In this document: in pieces, positions 18,904 to 29,600 of the stretch
Layout of the letters: each line of letters starts with the position of its first letter
How positions within the stretch are numbered: position 1 is the first letter of the stretch
IMG/VR virus record: IMGVR_UViG_3300017971_000276
Span: 8,928-72,927 of that record
Length of the DNA stretch: 64,000 nt
Reading direction: 5' to 3' (one strand)
DNA from: a virus
Translations under genes and position numbers: made by a program
Notes under the pieces: model-generated
Told to the model about the DNA's origin: nothing
The model's database searches: none
Seen by the model: the letters and a program-made list of their open reading frames with translations, nothing else

Positions 18904-19817
18904 TGGCACTTAGAGATCAAAATGGCAATTATGTTACTCCTCATGGCATTGGCTCTTTTGCTTATGAATATGACTGGTTTAGTGGCTCTCAGATTGGAGT
19001 CATGATTGGCGATGTCTTGATTGATAGTGGTGTCGCTATTAGTTTCAATGTAGAGCAGACAAAGACTCCTGTTTATGGATATGCCAACCAATATTATACT
19101 TTTGTCTCTGATGGCCATGTGCTTGTTCAAGGTGTTTTAACTATCGCCTTTAAAGAGGCAGGATACCTTTTATGGCCAATGCAAAGATACCAAGAGAAAA
19201 TTGGAAATATCAATTCTGTTAGCGATGAAGAGAATTGGCACCAAAGACATGGCGCTAATGTTTGGACGAGTCCTAGATATTCAGTTGACTCAAATGGTAA
19301 TATAATCAATTCTTATAACCCAAGCGAAGTAGGAACAAGTTTAACAGCAGCCGCTAAAGCAGCCAGACGTAAAAAGGTAATGGAAGCTAATGTAGAACAA
19401 ATGTTTGGCTGGCAAGAATCTTCTGTTCAGAATAGACAAAATAAAAACTTTAATCGATTCTGGCAAGAACTTGGTGCTCTTCCTGATGATGAATTTGAAG
19501 ACTGGGCAGAAGTATTTGAAGATGCCATTTGGTATGGTTCTGATGCTGCTAACCCAACTGTTAGAGATAAACTCTTTTCAAAAAACTTACCTTATGATAA
19601 AGAAATAACTGATGAGAATGTTTTGCGCCATAGAAGAGCAGACCAATATCCACAAATTGATATGTGGATTGTTTATGGCGATATGTCTCGTCAACCAGCG
19701 AATCATACTGTCAAGAAAATTCTTGATCTGTCATTTACTGGCCAGTCTCAAACTATTGAGATTTCTGGTCAGCCTATATATGAGCAATATAATTTTATTG
19801 CTAGAAACCTAGTTTAA
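18903..19817 (+). CDS. Tail tube-like paralog (possible tube initiator)
   Basis: WFSGSQI, QTKTPVYGY, G.VLVQG.L and DQYPQID motifs. Confidence 0.65.
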   Translation: MALRDQNGNYVTPHGIGSFAYEYDWFSGSQIGVMIGDVLIDSGVAISFNVEQTKTPVYGYANQYYTFVSDGHVLVQGVLTIAFKEAGYLLWPMQRYQEKIGNINSVSDEENWHQRHGANVWTSPRYSVDSNGNIINSYNPSEVGTSLTAAAKAARRKKVMEANVEQMFGWQESSVQNRQNKNFNRFWQELGALPDDEFEDWAEVFEDAIWYGSDAANPTVRDKLFSKNLPYDKEITDENVLRHRRADQYPQIDMWIVYGDMSRQPANHTVKKILDLSFTGQSQTIEISGQPIYEQYNFIARNLV

Positions 19818-19832
19818 ACAAGGAGTTAGAGA

Positions 19833-20597
19833 ATGGGAAAAGCACGTCTGAAACCGCAAGTTGCGGCGCAGTACGGTGAAGAACTTGCAGTCGCAGAGCA
19901 AATGGCACAAGTTGGTTTTGATCCGAAAACCAAGAAACTAGATGAGAGTATTTATGGTCCAACTACTATTGCTTTTAATCCAGTTGAAGAAATGAAGGCT
20001 ATGCGTGATGCTAATATTACAGATAATAGTTTTTTAGAAGCAAGCATGGAGGAGCTACAAATGAATCAACCAAACTTAGTTAATGATGCCCTAGACGCCG
20101 TCCAGGCCGAAGATCCTTCTTTCCCTATACCAGAGCCTGCGGTTTCTGTCCAGGCGCCTCAAGAGGAGGCACAGGCCGATACAGAAGAGACTGAAGAAGC
20201 TTCTGTAGTCCCTGAGAATCCAGAGCAGCGTCTTGAATGGGTTGCAGAGCAGTTGTCTCTTTTGAATCCACAAGCACCAAATGCTGCAGCATTAAGGCAG
20301 TGGAAGCAAATGCATGGGAATGTATTTGTTCTTCAGATTGAAGATCATGTGTTTATTTATCGTTATCTAAAGCGTCAAGAATGGGCACAGCTACAAGCTA
20401 ATGAAGCATTCCATAATCTTCGTCCTGACCAACAAGAAGATAGTATTGTAGAAAGATGTACTCTTTGGCCAAAATTCAATCCTCATACTAAAGGTGGATT
20501 GCCAGCAGGAGCAGCTTCTATGTTGGCAGAACAAATTAGAATTCAATCTATGTTCTTGGATCCAGCGCAAGTAGCAAATATTACGATTAAACTGTAA
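19833..20597 (+). CDS. Tail assembly chaperone
   Basis: Acidic N-terminus, then WKQMHGNVF...FIYRYLKRQEW; lies between tube and tape-measure genes. Confidence 0.65.
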   Translation: MGKARLKPQVAAQYGEELAVAEQMAQVGFDPKTKKLDESIYGPTTIAFNPVEEMKAMRDANITDNSFLEASMEELQMNQPNLVNDALDAVQAEDPSFPIPEPAVSVQAPQEEAQADTEETEEASVVPENPEQRLEWVAEQLSLLNPQAPNAAALRQWKQMHGNVFVLQIEDHVFIYRYLKRQEWAQLQANEAFHNLRPDQQEDSIVERCTLWPKFNPHTKGGLPAGAASMLAEQIRIQSMFLDPAQVANITIKL

Positions 20598-21292
20598 TGA
20601 GTTTTGTATCTATACTAGAGTCGATTCGACAAGAGAGCAAAAGTCTTTATGTTGTTTCTCTTCCTGATGATACTGAAATATCATTTCGGCTCCCGTCTAC
20701 AAAACAAGCTTCTCAATATGCTCAGGTCCTTTCTGTTGCTAAAGGAAATGGTAGTTTAGAAACAATTATCTACAATCATATTTTTGAAGAGTTTGTAACT
20801 GACAAGTATATTGCAATTCATAATGAGAATCTTAAAGCTGGTGTTCCAGAAACAATTGCAAAAGTTATCCTTTACCTTTCTGGTGCAGATGAACACTTCA
20901 AAGAATATACACAAACATTGTGGAATCTTTACAGAGAGCAGACAAATAGTATAAGCTCTATAATGAAACGTACAATCTGTAGTGTTTTTGGTGGATATAA
21001 GTTTTCTGATTTAGACGAGTTGACATATCAGGAGCTTGTTGAGATTTATATTGAGGCTGAGAAAGTACTTGTTAATCAAGGTATAATAGAACGAGAACTT
21101 GCTTTTGCAGATCAAGAAGAAGAGAAACCAGTTTCTGTTGAGAATATGATTTCTCAAGACACTAAAGATTATCAACAGTTTGACGCTCCTGAAGCTGGTC
21201 CGTCTATGAGAATGACAGAAGATCCTGCTTATAAAGCCAGGAAGGAAGAGCATAGGGTTATGCAAAAGTTACGTAAACGTCAAGGAGGATAA
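20597..21292 (+). CDS. Second tail assembly chaperone-like protein
   Basis: TAATG-coupled; shares LKAGVPETIA / LPAGAASMLA with the upstream chaperone. Confidence 0.55.
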   Translation: MSFVSILESIRQESKSLYVVSLPDDTEISFRLPSTKQASQYAQVLSVAKGNGSLETIIYNHIFEEFVTDKYIAIHNENLKAGVPETIAKVILYLSGADEHFKEYTQTLWNLYREQTNSISSIMKRTICSVFGGYKFSDLDELTYQELVEIYIEAEKVLVNQGIIERELAFADQEEEKPVSVENMISQDTKDYQQFDAPEAGPSMRMTEDPAYKARKEEHRVMQKLRKRQGG

Positions 21293-21297
21293 TTATC

Positions 21298-24200
21298 TTG
21301 GTAAACCCTAACCTTGCATATGGGGAGCAACCAAGCATGCCTGGTCAAGGGTTAGGACAAAACCAGGGTAGTTTGGCTGGTTTAGCTCTTGGAGCTGGTG
21401 CGATTGGTGCTGCTGGCTTTATTCCAACAAAAGGCGGTCGATTGTGGGATACCTATCTAGCAGGTATTCGTGCAGTTGAAACTGGATCCCCTGGTGGGAT
21501 TCTAAGAACCTTTCGTACTTCTGAATTTCTTTCCCCTTTAGAATCTTATTCTGCTGTCTCAGCAGCTCCTGCCGATATTGCTCGTGGTAAATATGGCAAA
21601 TATTTAAAGTCTACATTTGGAGAAGCAAGTAGCTATACTCTAGAACGAACTGGTTTAGCTTTTGGCCAAGTCAAAGATGCTTCTGGTAAAGTTATTGGCA
21701 TGGGTCTGCAAATTGAAGCTGGTACTCAAAAGGGTGCAGCTATTGCAGATTTCGCGGCAAGAATAGAAGGAATCCAACTTGGTAAATTTCAGTCTTTAAA
21801 TGATGCTATTCTTCGGAATAAATGGGAGACTTCTAAAACTCCATTGCCTTACCAAGAGTGGCTAAAGACTATAGAGCCACATCTTCGAAGACAACGTCTT
21901 ATTCTTGGATCAAAACTTCGAACCAAACTTACTATTGCAGGTAAAGATTTCCAGTTGTCTCAAAGGATGGCTGGGAATGTTGCAAAAGCAGAAACTCTTG
22001 GCAAGCTGCTCAGAGCTAAAGCAGCAACTACAGCCAGTCGTTTAAATATTCTTCTAAGGGCACCTGTTGAGCTTCCAGGAATTAAAACTCTTGCTGAGAA
22101 AGTTCCAGGTCTTCGTTCTCTAGCTGTCAAGCCAGGAACAAGCCTTCAGCTTCTAGGAAGATATACAGGCAAAGGTCTTGCTGTAGGTGCAGCATGGAAA
22201 GGGCTTGAATATGTAGATTATCTAAGAGCAGAAGGTTCTCCATGGGCTCCTGTGTTGGCAACTGCAGGAGGAGCTGGACTAGGTGCTCTTTTGGCCCGCA
22301 AACCGGGGATGAAGTTCTCAAAGGCTGGTTTGATTGCAGGTGCTGCACTTGGTTTGACTGCTGGTATAGCTCCTAGATTTGAGCATGGAATTATCCATGG
22401 TATTGCTTCTATGGCTACTGATGCTAATGTCACGAGAGCTCAATTGTCTCAGACAATGGGGTTCACAGATACGATTAGAGAACAAGAACAAATTACTCCT
22501 GGGTTTATGGATCTTAAAACAGCTCTTGGTTTCGGAGGAGTCGGAGCCTTAGCAACAGGTCTTGCTGATTACTTGTCTTTTGTCGGATCTTCTATGACTG
22601 CTCGTGTTGCAACAAAAACACCTCTCTCTCATATATTCGAATCTGCCAGAGAGAAAAGAGCAACTAGACTTGCAGATAAACTTTGGGGTTCTAAGTTTGG
22701 TACTGCAATTAAAAAAGTACCAGGACTTAGAAAGTTAACGAATATAAAAAGCCCTATGGCTCTTGGTTTCTTAGGAGGTATAACGGCATGGGGAGTTGCT
22801 GCCACAGCACTTGGAACTCTTTCTGGCAGACCTACTGCTCCTATTGCTGGCCTATTAGGAACTTCAGAAACTCCAGAAGAATTACAGGCTATCTATTCTG
22901 GCGAGAAAGAAGTAGCAATTCGCAAAGGTAGATGGTGGGAATTCGGGAGAAGTACTGCTTTTGAAGGTGGCAGGATACAATATTATAGACCTCATATGAT
23001 GGCTCGTTTAAAATCTAGAGCATATCAAAAAGGCATGTATGGGTCTGAAGAAGAAAAATGGGCACATGATCCATGGCTAAATCCTATGAAAGCTCTCTTC
23101 GGTTCTGATGAATGGAAGTATCATTATGAAGAGAAGTATCAATACGAAAGACCTGCTCCAACAACTGGTACCTATGGCGAGAGTGTACCATTCATTGGAC
23201 CACTAGTTGCTGCTACATTCGGCAAGCTATTTAAGCCTCGGAAGAAAGTCCGTGCAGAAGAGTGGGAACTTGGAGGAGGACAGTATCTACATCATCAAGA
23301 TGTTAGAGGGGAAGAAGAGCCTTCTTATATGCTCGGTGGTCTTGGACCAGGAGCCCCTGTTGCTAAAGAAGATCCTTCACAACTTCTAAACGAACTAAAT
23401 TACAGACGCAGAGAAGCTGTTGGTCTTATGGGCTTTATGGAAGGGGCTATTACCAAAGCTGCAATTGGCAGAGAAGAGTTTTTAGAAAACAAACAAACTC
23501 TTGCAGCGATGGGAGGAGAAACAGGAGCAGAATACTGGCTGTGGAAACATATGAATCTTGGTGGAGGGATGGGTACTACTGAGGCTGTGAGGCGTTTCCT
23601 CCCTCGTACAAGAAGCTATCTTGATACCTATAATCCTCTACGCAATGCAATGCCTTCTTGGGTACCAGAGGATTATTTCTTAGACTTACGTACAGGGAAT
23701 CCATTTGAGAAGATTCCTGAAGCCGAGCTTAGACTCCCTGGAGAAGGATATGCTGCTTTGCATCCTGAGGTAGAAGGTCTGTCTCCTGAAGAGTATCCCC
23801 TTGCTCATAGGGTAAAGATTCTTGGCGATATTGCTATGTATAGCAAAGAGTATGGTATTGCACTATCTCAAGCCAAACGTAATTTAAATAATCTATCTCA
23901 AGAAGAAGTTGCTATGGTTCGAGAAACTGAAAGACAAGTTAAAGAGAAGAAGAAGAGAAGAGGATTCCAAGAATATGTATTTTCTGGCGACCAGCTTGAA
24001 ACAATGGACGTAACAGTATCTGAGATTATTAGTCCTCGTAGGTTCCGGACTAAAGAACTTGGGGATGTAATGATTGATGTCCCAGGGATTGGAGCTATCA
24101 AAGATACTGCTGGTGCTTTAGAATTTGCGAAGGAGACTCTTCTTGGCCGACAGATCCAAATCCAGACTCCTTCTCTAGAGTCTAGAAGACTAACTATGAG

Positions 24201-26637
24201 TACTACTGGTCCTGTAATGAAAGCCGCACCAATGGTTGGGGGAACAGATTATGGACAGTTGTTATCTAGTGAAGGTCTTGCGGCACATAAAGAATTAGAA
24301 GATGAGTTTAAGAGAATTAGATTTACAGGCTCTGAACAGCTTGCTGGCAAATTGGGCGAATATATTACACATGGAATTGAAACTCCTCTTGAGTATTTAA
24401 CTCCTTTGTCTCCTGCTTCTAAATTAATTCGTCAACGTTCTGCTATTGAAGAATATGTTGCAACAGAAGCAATTGGTACAAGTAGTTCTTTCTGGGATAA
24501 GCCTATAGAGAATTTCCTGAAGCCTGCATTAAACATGGCCAAATATAAAGCAGGGATTACTGAAATCCCTGAAGAAGTAGAACAAAGAAGAGATATCCAA
24601 GAACATTTTGATATGCTGAAATGGGTAAAAGCTTCTCGTCTCGAAGCAAAAGCTCGTCAATATGGAGACTTGCAAGCAGCGTCAGGATTTAAAAGAACTA
24701 AAGAAAGAACTTTGTTTGGTGTTGATGTTTTTAAAAGCCCAACTAATATAATGAGAGCTCTTCCCCGTCGAGAAAGAGATTTCTTTGCTGAGTTTTCTAA
24801 TGCCAAAACAGAAGAAGACAGAGCACAAATTCTTCAATTAATTCCAGAGAATGAACGTAGGATTTATGTCTCTCAATGGATGAGGCAACAAGAAAGAACT
24901 GCATATGCTAAAAGAACAGCAAAACTTTCTAACGAACAAGACGATAGAGTTATTGCAACAACGGCTTTAATGCGTAAGGGTGAAGGTTTCTCTTACACTA
25001 ACAAACAAGAAGAACAATGGATGAACGAGACTCAAGGACAGGTTGAGTTCGATGAATGGCTAAGAGAACAGAAAGCAGAAGAGTATTTTCAAACTCATTC
25101 CCTTCCTGGTGCTGATTGGTTAGGCTGGTGCCTACCTGCAAACCAAGAAGTTTTAATATCAAACTATACTTTTTCGCATGCTTGTGATATAAAACCAGGA
25201 GACAAAGTGGTTACTTTACAAGGAGAGAACATTGTGAAAAAAGTATTTAAGAGAGAAATTAAAGAAGCAATTAGGACTCTAACAGTTTGTCATAATAGTG
25301 TTTATTGTATGAGTGCAACTAATAATCATTTAGTTCTGGGTATTGAAACAAAACCATGTAAATATAATTTGACTCCTAATTCGGTCTGTACTCATGAAAG
25401 TAATTCTTGGAAATGTCAGTTCTGTACAACAAAACATTATCAGTCTTATTCTGCTCGTTGGATGCCAATAGGAGAAGTTACAACAGACATCTATTTGCCA
25501 ATTCCATTATTAAAACATGCAGATAAGGATCCTACTATAGATATTGGATCTCTAGATTGCTTCCCAAAAAACACAGTAGTTTCTGATGATTGTCTTAGAC
25601 CTAAAAGCGGAAGGATTAAACCGGTTAATCGTTTCATTGCATTGAATGAATCTGTCTGCTGGTTGATTGGTTACTATCTTGCAGAAGGTAATGTGTGGGC
25701 AGTTGGAGATAGGATGCGTGGGGTTCAGTTTACTGCTAATATTAATGAAGTCTCAATCTTAGAATTAGCACAAAAAATTATCAAAGAGCACTTTGGTCTT
25801 AATAGTGAAATTCGTTATAAGAAGAATCCAAAATCAAAGAGTGCTTATCTGCAAGTTGCAAGTAGTATATTCGGATGGCTTATTGACCATTGGGTGGGAA
25901 GATTTTGTGATAAAAAATTTGCACCATCTTGGCTTCAAGATATAACTTATAATAGCCAAGTAGCATTACTAGATGGACTTAATACAGGAGACGCTTCAAA
26001 AGATCATCGTAACAGACTTGCTTTAGCAAATAGAGAATTATGTACTATGGCCAAAAGACTCTATGAAGCTCAAGGGATTCCTGCCAGTTTACATGGTCCT
26101 AAGAAGATAGAGAACAGGAAAGACCAATATGTTGTAGAGCCTTTAAGAAAGTCTTTATCTGCATTTGTTGGTAGTAACTTTATTGCTTATCGTATTAAAG
26201 ATATAGAAGAGACAGAATACCAAGGAACTGTATTCGATTTTGAAGTAGAACAAAATCATATGTATTGTTCTCCAATTGGAATATACCATAATAGCCCATC
26301 AGTAGACCTTGAAGATGTTAAGTTGCAATATGTAGAGATGGCTGGTCTTGATCACCATGATTTTGATCTTTGGGGACAACGCAAACGTGCTCTTGCCAGA
26401 AAGCCATATATCAATCCAACTCTTATTGGAGAGATGGAAGAAGCAAAAGAACAATATCAAGATTCTTGGAAGGTAGCAGCAAACTCTGATGTATTGTCTC
26501 GTATGTTCTCTGAACATAAAGCTGAAGTAATAATGTCAAAACTAGATGCAAACTTACCAGAAGACAGATACAATGTTCAAGTGCAAGATGGAAGAAGAGA
26601 TCTTGTTGAGCAAGCTTACAAACAACTTGGAGCATAA
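21298..26637 (+). CDS. Tape-measure-like protein 1, with degenerate SNase-like domain and an intein
   Basis: TTG start after GGAGGA. 1779 aa with several Gly/Ala hydrophobic segments; follows the chaperone genes. Confidence 0.7.
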   Translation: MVNPNLAYGEQPSMPGQGLGQNQGSLAGLALGAGAIGAAGFIPTKGGRLWDTYLAGIRAVETGSPGGILRTFRTSEFLSPLESYSAVSAAPADIARGKYGKYLKSTFGEASSYTLERTGLAFGQVKDASGKVIGMGLQIEAGTQKGAAIADFAARIEGIQLGKFQSLNDAILRNKWETSKTPLPYQEWLKTIEPHLRRQRLILGSKLRTKLTIAGKDFQLSQRMAGNVAKAETLGKLLRAKAATTASRLNILLRAPVELPGIKTLAEKVPGLRSLAVKPGTSLQLLGRYTGKGLAVGAAWKGLEYVDYLRAEGSPWAPVLATAGGAGLGALLARKPGMKFSKAGLIAGAALGLTAGIAPRFEHGIIHGIASMATDANVTRAQLSQTMGFTDTIREQEQITPGFMDLKTALGFGGVGALATGLADYLSFVGSSMTARVATKTPLSHIFESAREKRATRLADKLWGSKFGTAIKKVPGLRKLTNIKSPMALGFLGGITAWGVAATALGTLSGRPTAPIAGLLGTSETPEELQAIYSGEKEVAIRKGRWWEFGRSTAFEGGRIQYYRPHMMARLKSRAYQKGMYGSEEEKWAHDPWLNPMKALFGSDEWKYHYEEKYQYERPAPTTGTYGESVPFIGPLVAATFGKLFKPRKKVRAEEWELGGGQYLHHQDVRGEEEPSYMLGGLGPGAPVAKEDPSQLLNELNYRRREAVGLMGFMEGAITKAAIGREEFLENKQTLAAMGGETGAEYWLWKHMNLGGGMGTTEAVRRFLPRTRSYLDTYNPLRNAMPSWVPEDYFLDLRTGNPFEKIPEAELRLPGEGYAALHPEVEGLSPEEYPLAHRVKILGDIAMYSKEYGIALSQAKRNLNNLSQEEVAMVRETERQVKEKKKRRGFQEYVFSGDQLETMDVTVSEIISPRRFRTKELGDVMIDVPGIGAIKDTAGALEFAKETLLGRQIQIQTPSLESRRLTMSTTGPVMKAAPMVGGTDYGQLLSSEGLAAHKELEDEFKRIRFTGSEQLAGKLGEYITHGIETPLEYLTPLSPASKLIRQRSAIEEYVATEAIGTSSSFWDKPIENFLKPALNMAKYKAGITEIPEEVEQRRDIQEHFDMLKWVKASRLEAKARQYGDLQAASGFKRTKERTLFGVDVFKSPTNIMRALPRRERDFFAEFSNAKTEEDRAQILQLIPENERRIYVSQWMRQQERTAYAKRTAKLSNEQDDRVIATTALMRKGEGFSYTNKQEEQWMNETQGQVEFDEWLREQKAEEYFQTHSLPGADWLGWCLPANQEVLISNYTFSHACDIKPGDKVVTLQGENIVKKVFKREIKEAIRTLTVCHNSVYCMSATNNHLVLGIETKPCKYNLTPNSVCTHESNSWKCQFCTTKHYQSYSARWMPIGEVTTDIYLPIPLLKHADKDPTIDIGSLDCFPKNTVVSDDCLRPKSGRIKPVNRFIALNESVCWLIGYYLAEGNVWAVGDRMRGVQFTANINEVSILELAQKIIKEHFGLNSEIRYKKNPKSKSAYLQVASSIFGWLIDHWVGRFCDKKFAPSWLQDITYNSQVALLDGLNTGDASKDHRNRLALANRELCTMAKRLYEAQGIPASLHGPKKIENRKDQYVVEPLRKSLSAFVGSNFIAYRIKDIEETEYQGTVFDFEVEQNHMYCSPIGIYHNSPSVDLEDVKLQYVEMAGLDHHDFDLWGQRKRALARKPYINPTLIGEMEEAKEQYQDSWKVAANSDVLSRMFSEHKAEVIMSKLDANLPEDRYNVQVQDGRRDLVEQAYKQLGA
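25129..26292 (+). mobile_element. Intein with LAGLIDADG homing endonuclease (388 aa)
   Basis: N-terminal CLPANQEV; block B SATNNHLVL; LAGLIDADG-like WLIGYYLAEG and ALLDGLNTGDA; block F VFDFEVEQNHMY; terminal HN followed by Ser+1. Confidence 0.93.
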
Positions 26638-26641
26638 TTAA

Positions 26642-29600
26642 ATGCCATTTAATAATGACGAACGATCTCCTCTATGGGGTCTTGCTGCTGGTGGAGCTCT
26701 TGCTGGTGGGGTCGGATATGCTTTTCTTAAGAACAGGAGTTCTTTAGCTCGCGCTTGGAAGATGGGAAGTCAAGATGTTACTGGTCCTCCTTCTGGTCTT
26801 ATTGACGAGATAGCTGGATTTCAAACTGGCAAGATTCCAGTAGCACAAGGAGCAATATTTGATGAAGCAATGGAAGCAACTGCTGCTTCTTTTGAACGTC
26901 GTGTAGGATTGACTTCAGCAAAGCAAGACATTCAAGCAGCTGCATATGAAGCTATTCTTGGTGGAGGGCAAGCCTCTCATGAGGAAGCTATTTCGGCAAT
27001 AAAAAACATCTATGCACAAGAGAATGCGACAGGAGCATATAGAGCAGCTGTTGATGTTATTGGCCAACAAGGTGGAGACATTGCTACTTTTGAATCCAGA
27101 TTTGGTGCATTTGCAACAACTACAGATAGAGCTTCTATGTTGGCCGGAACAGAAGTCTCTTTAGGTGGTTATGGAGAGATGCCAATTAGTTCTACTCTTC
27201 TTCGTAATCTTCCAGAAGAAGCACAGCAGCGTGCCTTGGCACACCAAAAACATATTGGGCAAGTTGCTGCTGGTAAATTTGATGTCTCTTGGGATTATAA
27301 AGTTGTTAAAGATATAATTGGAGGCAAAGAGATAGAAACACCTATGGCAATTGTCTCAGCGGGGAAGCAACGTCTTGGAGAAATTCCTTTAGCAAGCACA
27401 GGTCTTACATATAGTGGCAAAGGTCTCGCCTCTAGACATTTTACTCGTAGAGGTTATATGGCAGGTGGAACTCAACTGAGTTTTGCAGAATTATATGAAA
27501 GAAATATAACTGATGCTATCAGTAAAGCTCATACACATGCAGAATTAAAACAGAATGTACTTAATTCTCATAGAATTCTTATTGAACAAATGAACGATAG
27601 AGATTCTTCTCGACGTGCAGCTGCTGTTTTTGGGAGTCCTTTTATGGCTCCTGGTGGTCTTGCTCAGAAGAGACTTATGACATATGAAGCTGTCCCGTAT
27701 GAACAACTTGATCCAGAAGACATAGAAAACCTTCTTGGCTCTAAAACAGGCCTTTATCCTTACACCTCACCTGGAGCTGCTGGCAAAGGAACCTTAACCA
27801 CAAGAAATGTTTCTGAAGAATTGTTTGGCCCTCTTGGCCGATTGGTTTCTGCTGAACAACGACCAACTCAATTTATAAGACCAGAATGGGGGGTTACAGC
27901 TGAAGCGAAGGGAGAAGCTAGAGGTTTCGCTGGTTTGTTCGGTCAGAAGTATCAACGATTTGATCGCAAAATCCAAGGAGCTAGATATCGTAGTTATTTA
28001 TATGGAGGGAAAGGAGCAAGTGCTCTCGATCCCGGAGCTTATAGTGCTCCTCAGCTGACTACCTTTTATGCGAAACCTGCAACAAAAGGATATGGTCTTG
28101 GCTATCAATCAGAAGCTCTAAATAAAATACTTGCTGCAGAAGAGGGGGTTATCTCTGGCAATGTAACAAACATGATGGAATATGAACGTGTTGTTCAGAA
28201 GAAAATTGCTCTTGATGAAGGCCTAAGAGTCAATAAAGATTTATTAAGGCAATTCCAAGATCGTCGCTTAGGAGCTGGCCCAATACAATTAGAGGGAGCT
28301 TTGCCTTCTGGATTTATGGGAATTGAGAGAGGAACTGGCAGAGAGGTTGCTGGAGAAATTATTGGAGCTGAGCTCACAGGCAAAAATGAAGCTAATATTT
28401 TCTTGAGGGAGAGAAAACAACTTTCTGAAAATCAAATGTGGAAGTTTTTCTCTGAAGAAAATAAGTTTATGGCTGCAGCAGCAAGTGAAGGAAGGATGAC
28501 AGAAGTTCTTGAAGCAGCTGGTGCTGAAAGAGCAATCGCTGGCCAACAGATAGAGGCTGTGTTCTCTGGCAAACTTGTGGCTAGAAATAAGATGGCTCTT
28601 ATTACCCAACAGACAGAAGCAGCATCTATGTTCTTAGGTCAAAAGCTTGATATGGGTGCGATACAAATGACTCCTCAGATTCAAGCCTTTTTAAATGATC
28701 CTTCAGCTGCTCTAGACGTTGCAGGGAAGATGAGACATGGTGGTGCCAACGCGGATATCCAAATTCAAAAGAGCCTAATGGGTCTAACTAAAGGCTGGGG
28801 CTTCTCTAATAGAGAGCTTGGCCTTACCTTCGGTCTTGCTCCTGAAGAAGCTCTTGAGTCTGGAGTCCTTACAGCAAGACAGAGAATGGCTGTAAGAGAA
28901 TCTGCTGGAGTTATTGGCCTTGGTAAAGGTCGTCTTGGCGACATTGCAACAGAGGGCGGAGCTGGTCGTTGGGGTTCTTTTGAACAAACTGGTTTTAGAG
29001 CTTTGTCTATGAAAGGTGAAGTTGGCCAAAGATATGCTTATGAATTATCAAGGCGTATTTCCGGCAAAGGAGAACTAGATCCAGCTAACAAAATGATTGA
29101 GTCTCTCCTTGGTGAAGAAGGTATGATCGCTGGATTACGAAGAGGACAAGTTCCTAACATTACTGATATTGGTGCAAAAGAATTAGTTCAACAAGAAGGT
29201 CGATATGTTGGTCTCGGACAAAAGATTAAAGCATTTGGTGGCTCTGACGTAATGTATGTTCCAGGTCTTAGTGAAGCTCCTGGTATCATGGAAGATATTA
29301 TTACTCCTCGTGGGGAACGTGTCCGCTCCCCGTTGGTAAGAGAAATGACTTCATTCCAGTCTTTGTTAAGAAGGGGCAAAGCTTCTTCTGAAGAGATTGA
29401 ACTTGCAGCAGAATCTTTAAGGAAAATTGCAGTTCAAACATCAGAGGCTCAAGCTGCGGCAAGAGGTAAAATTATTGGTTCTAAAGTTCTAACAGGCATG
29501 CGTAGGACTTTTGAAGAGGATGCAGATGCTTTTCGTATCTCTGGCCAAATGGGCGAAGAGATGTTTGAAGATCTTATGGGCCGAGCAGCTACAGAGGAGC

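Noticed and set aside
20540-20620. Programmed frameshift between the two tail chaperones
   Set aside because: No XXXYYYZ slippery heptamer near the end of the first ORF; the second ORF has its own TAATG-coupled start
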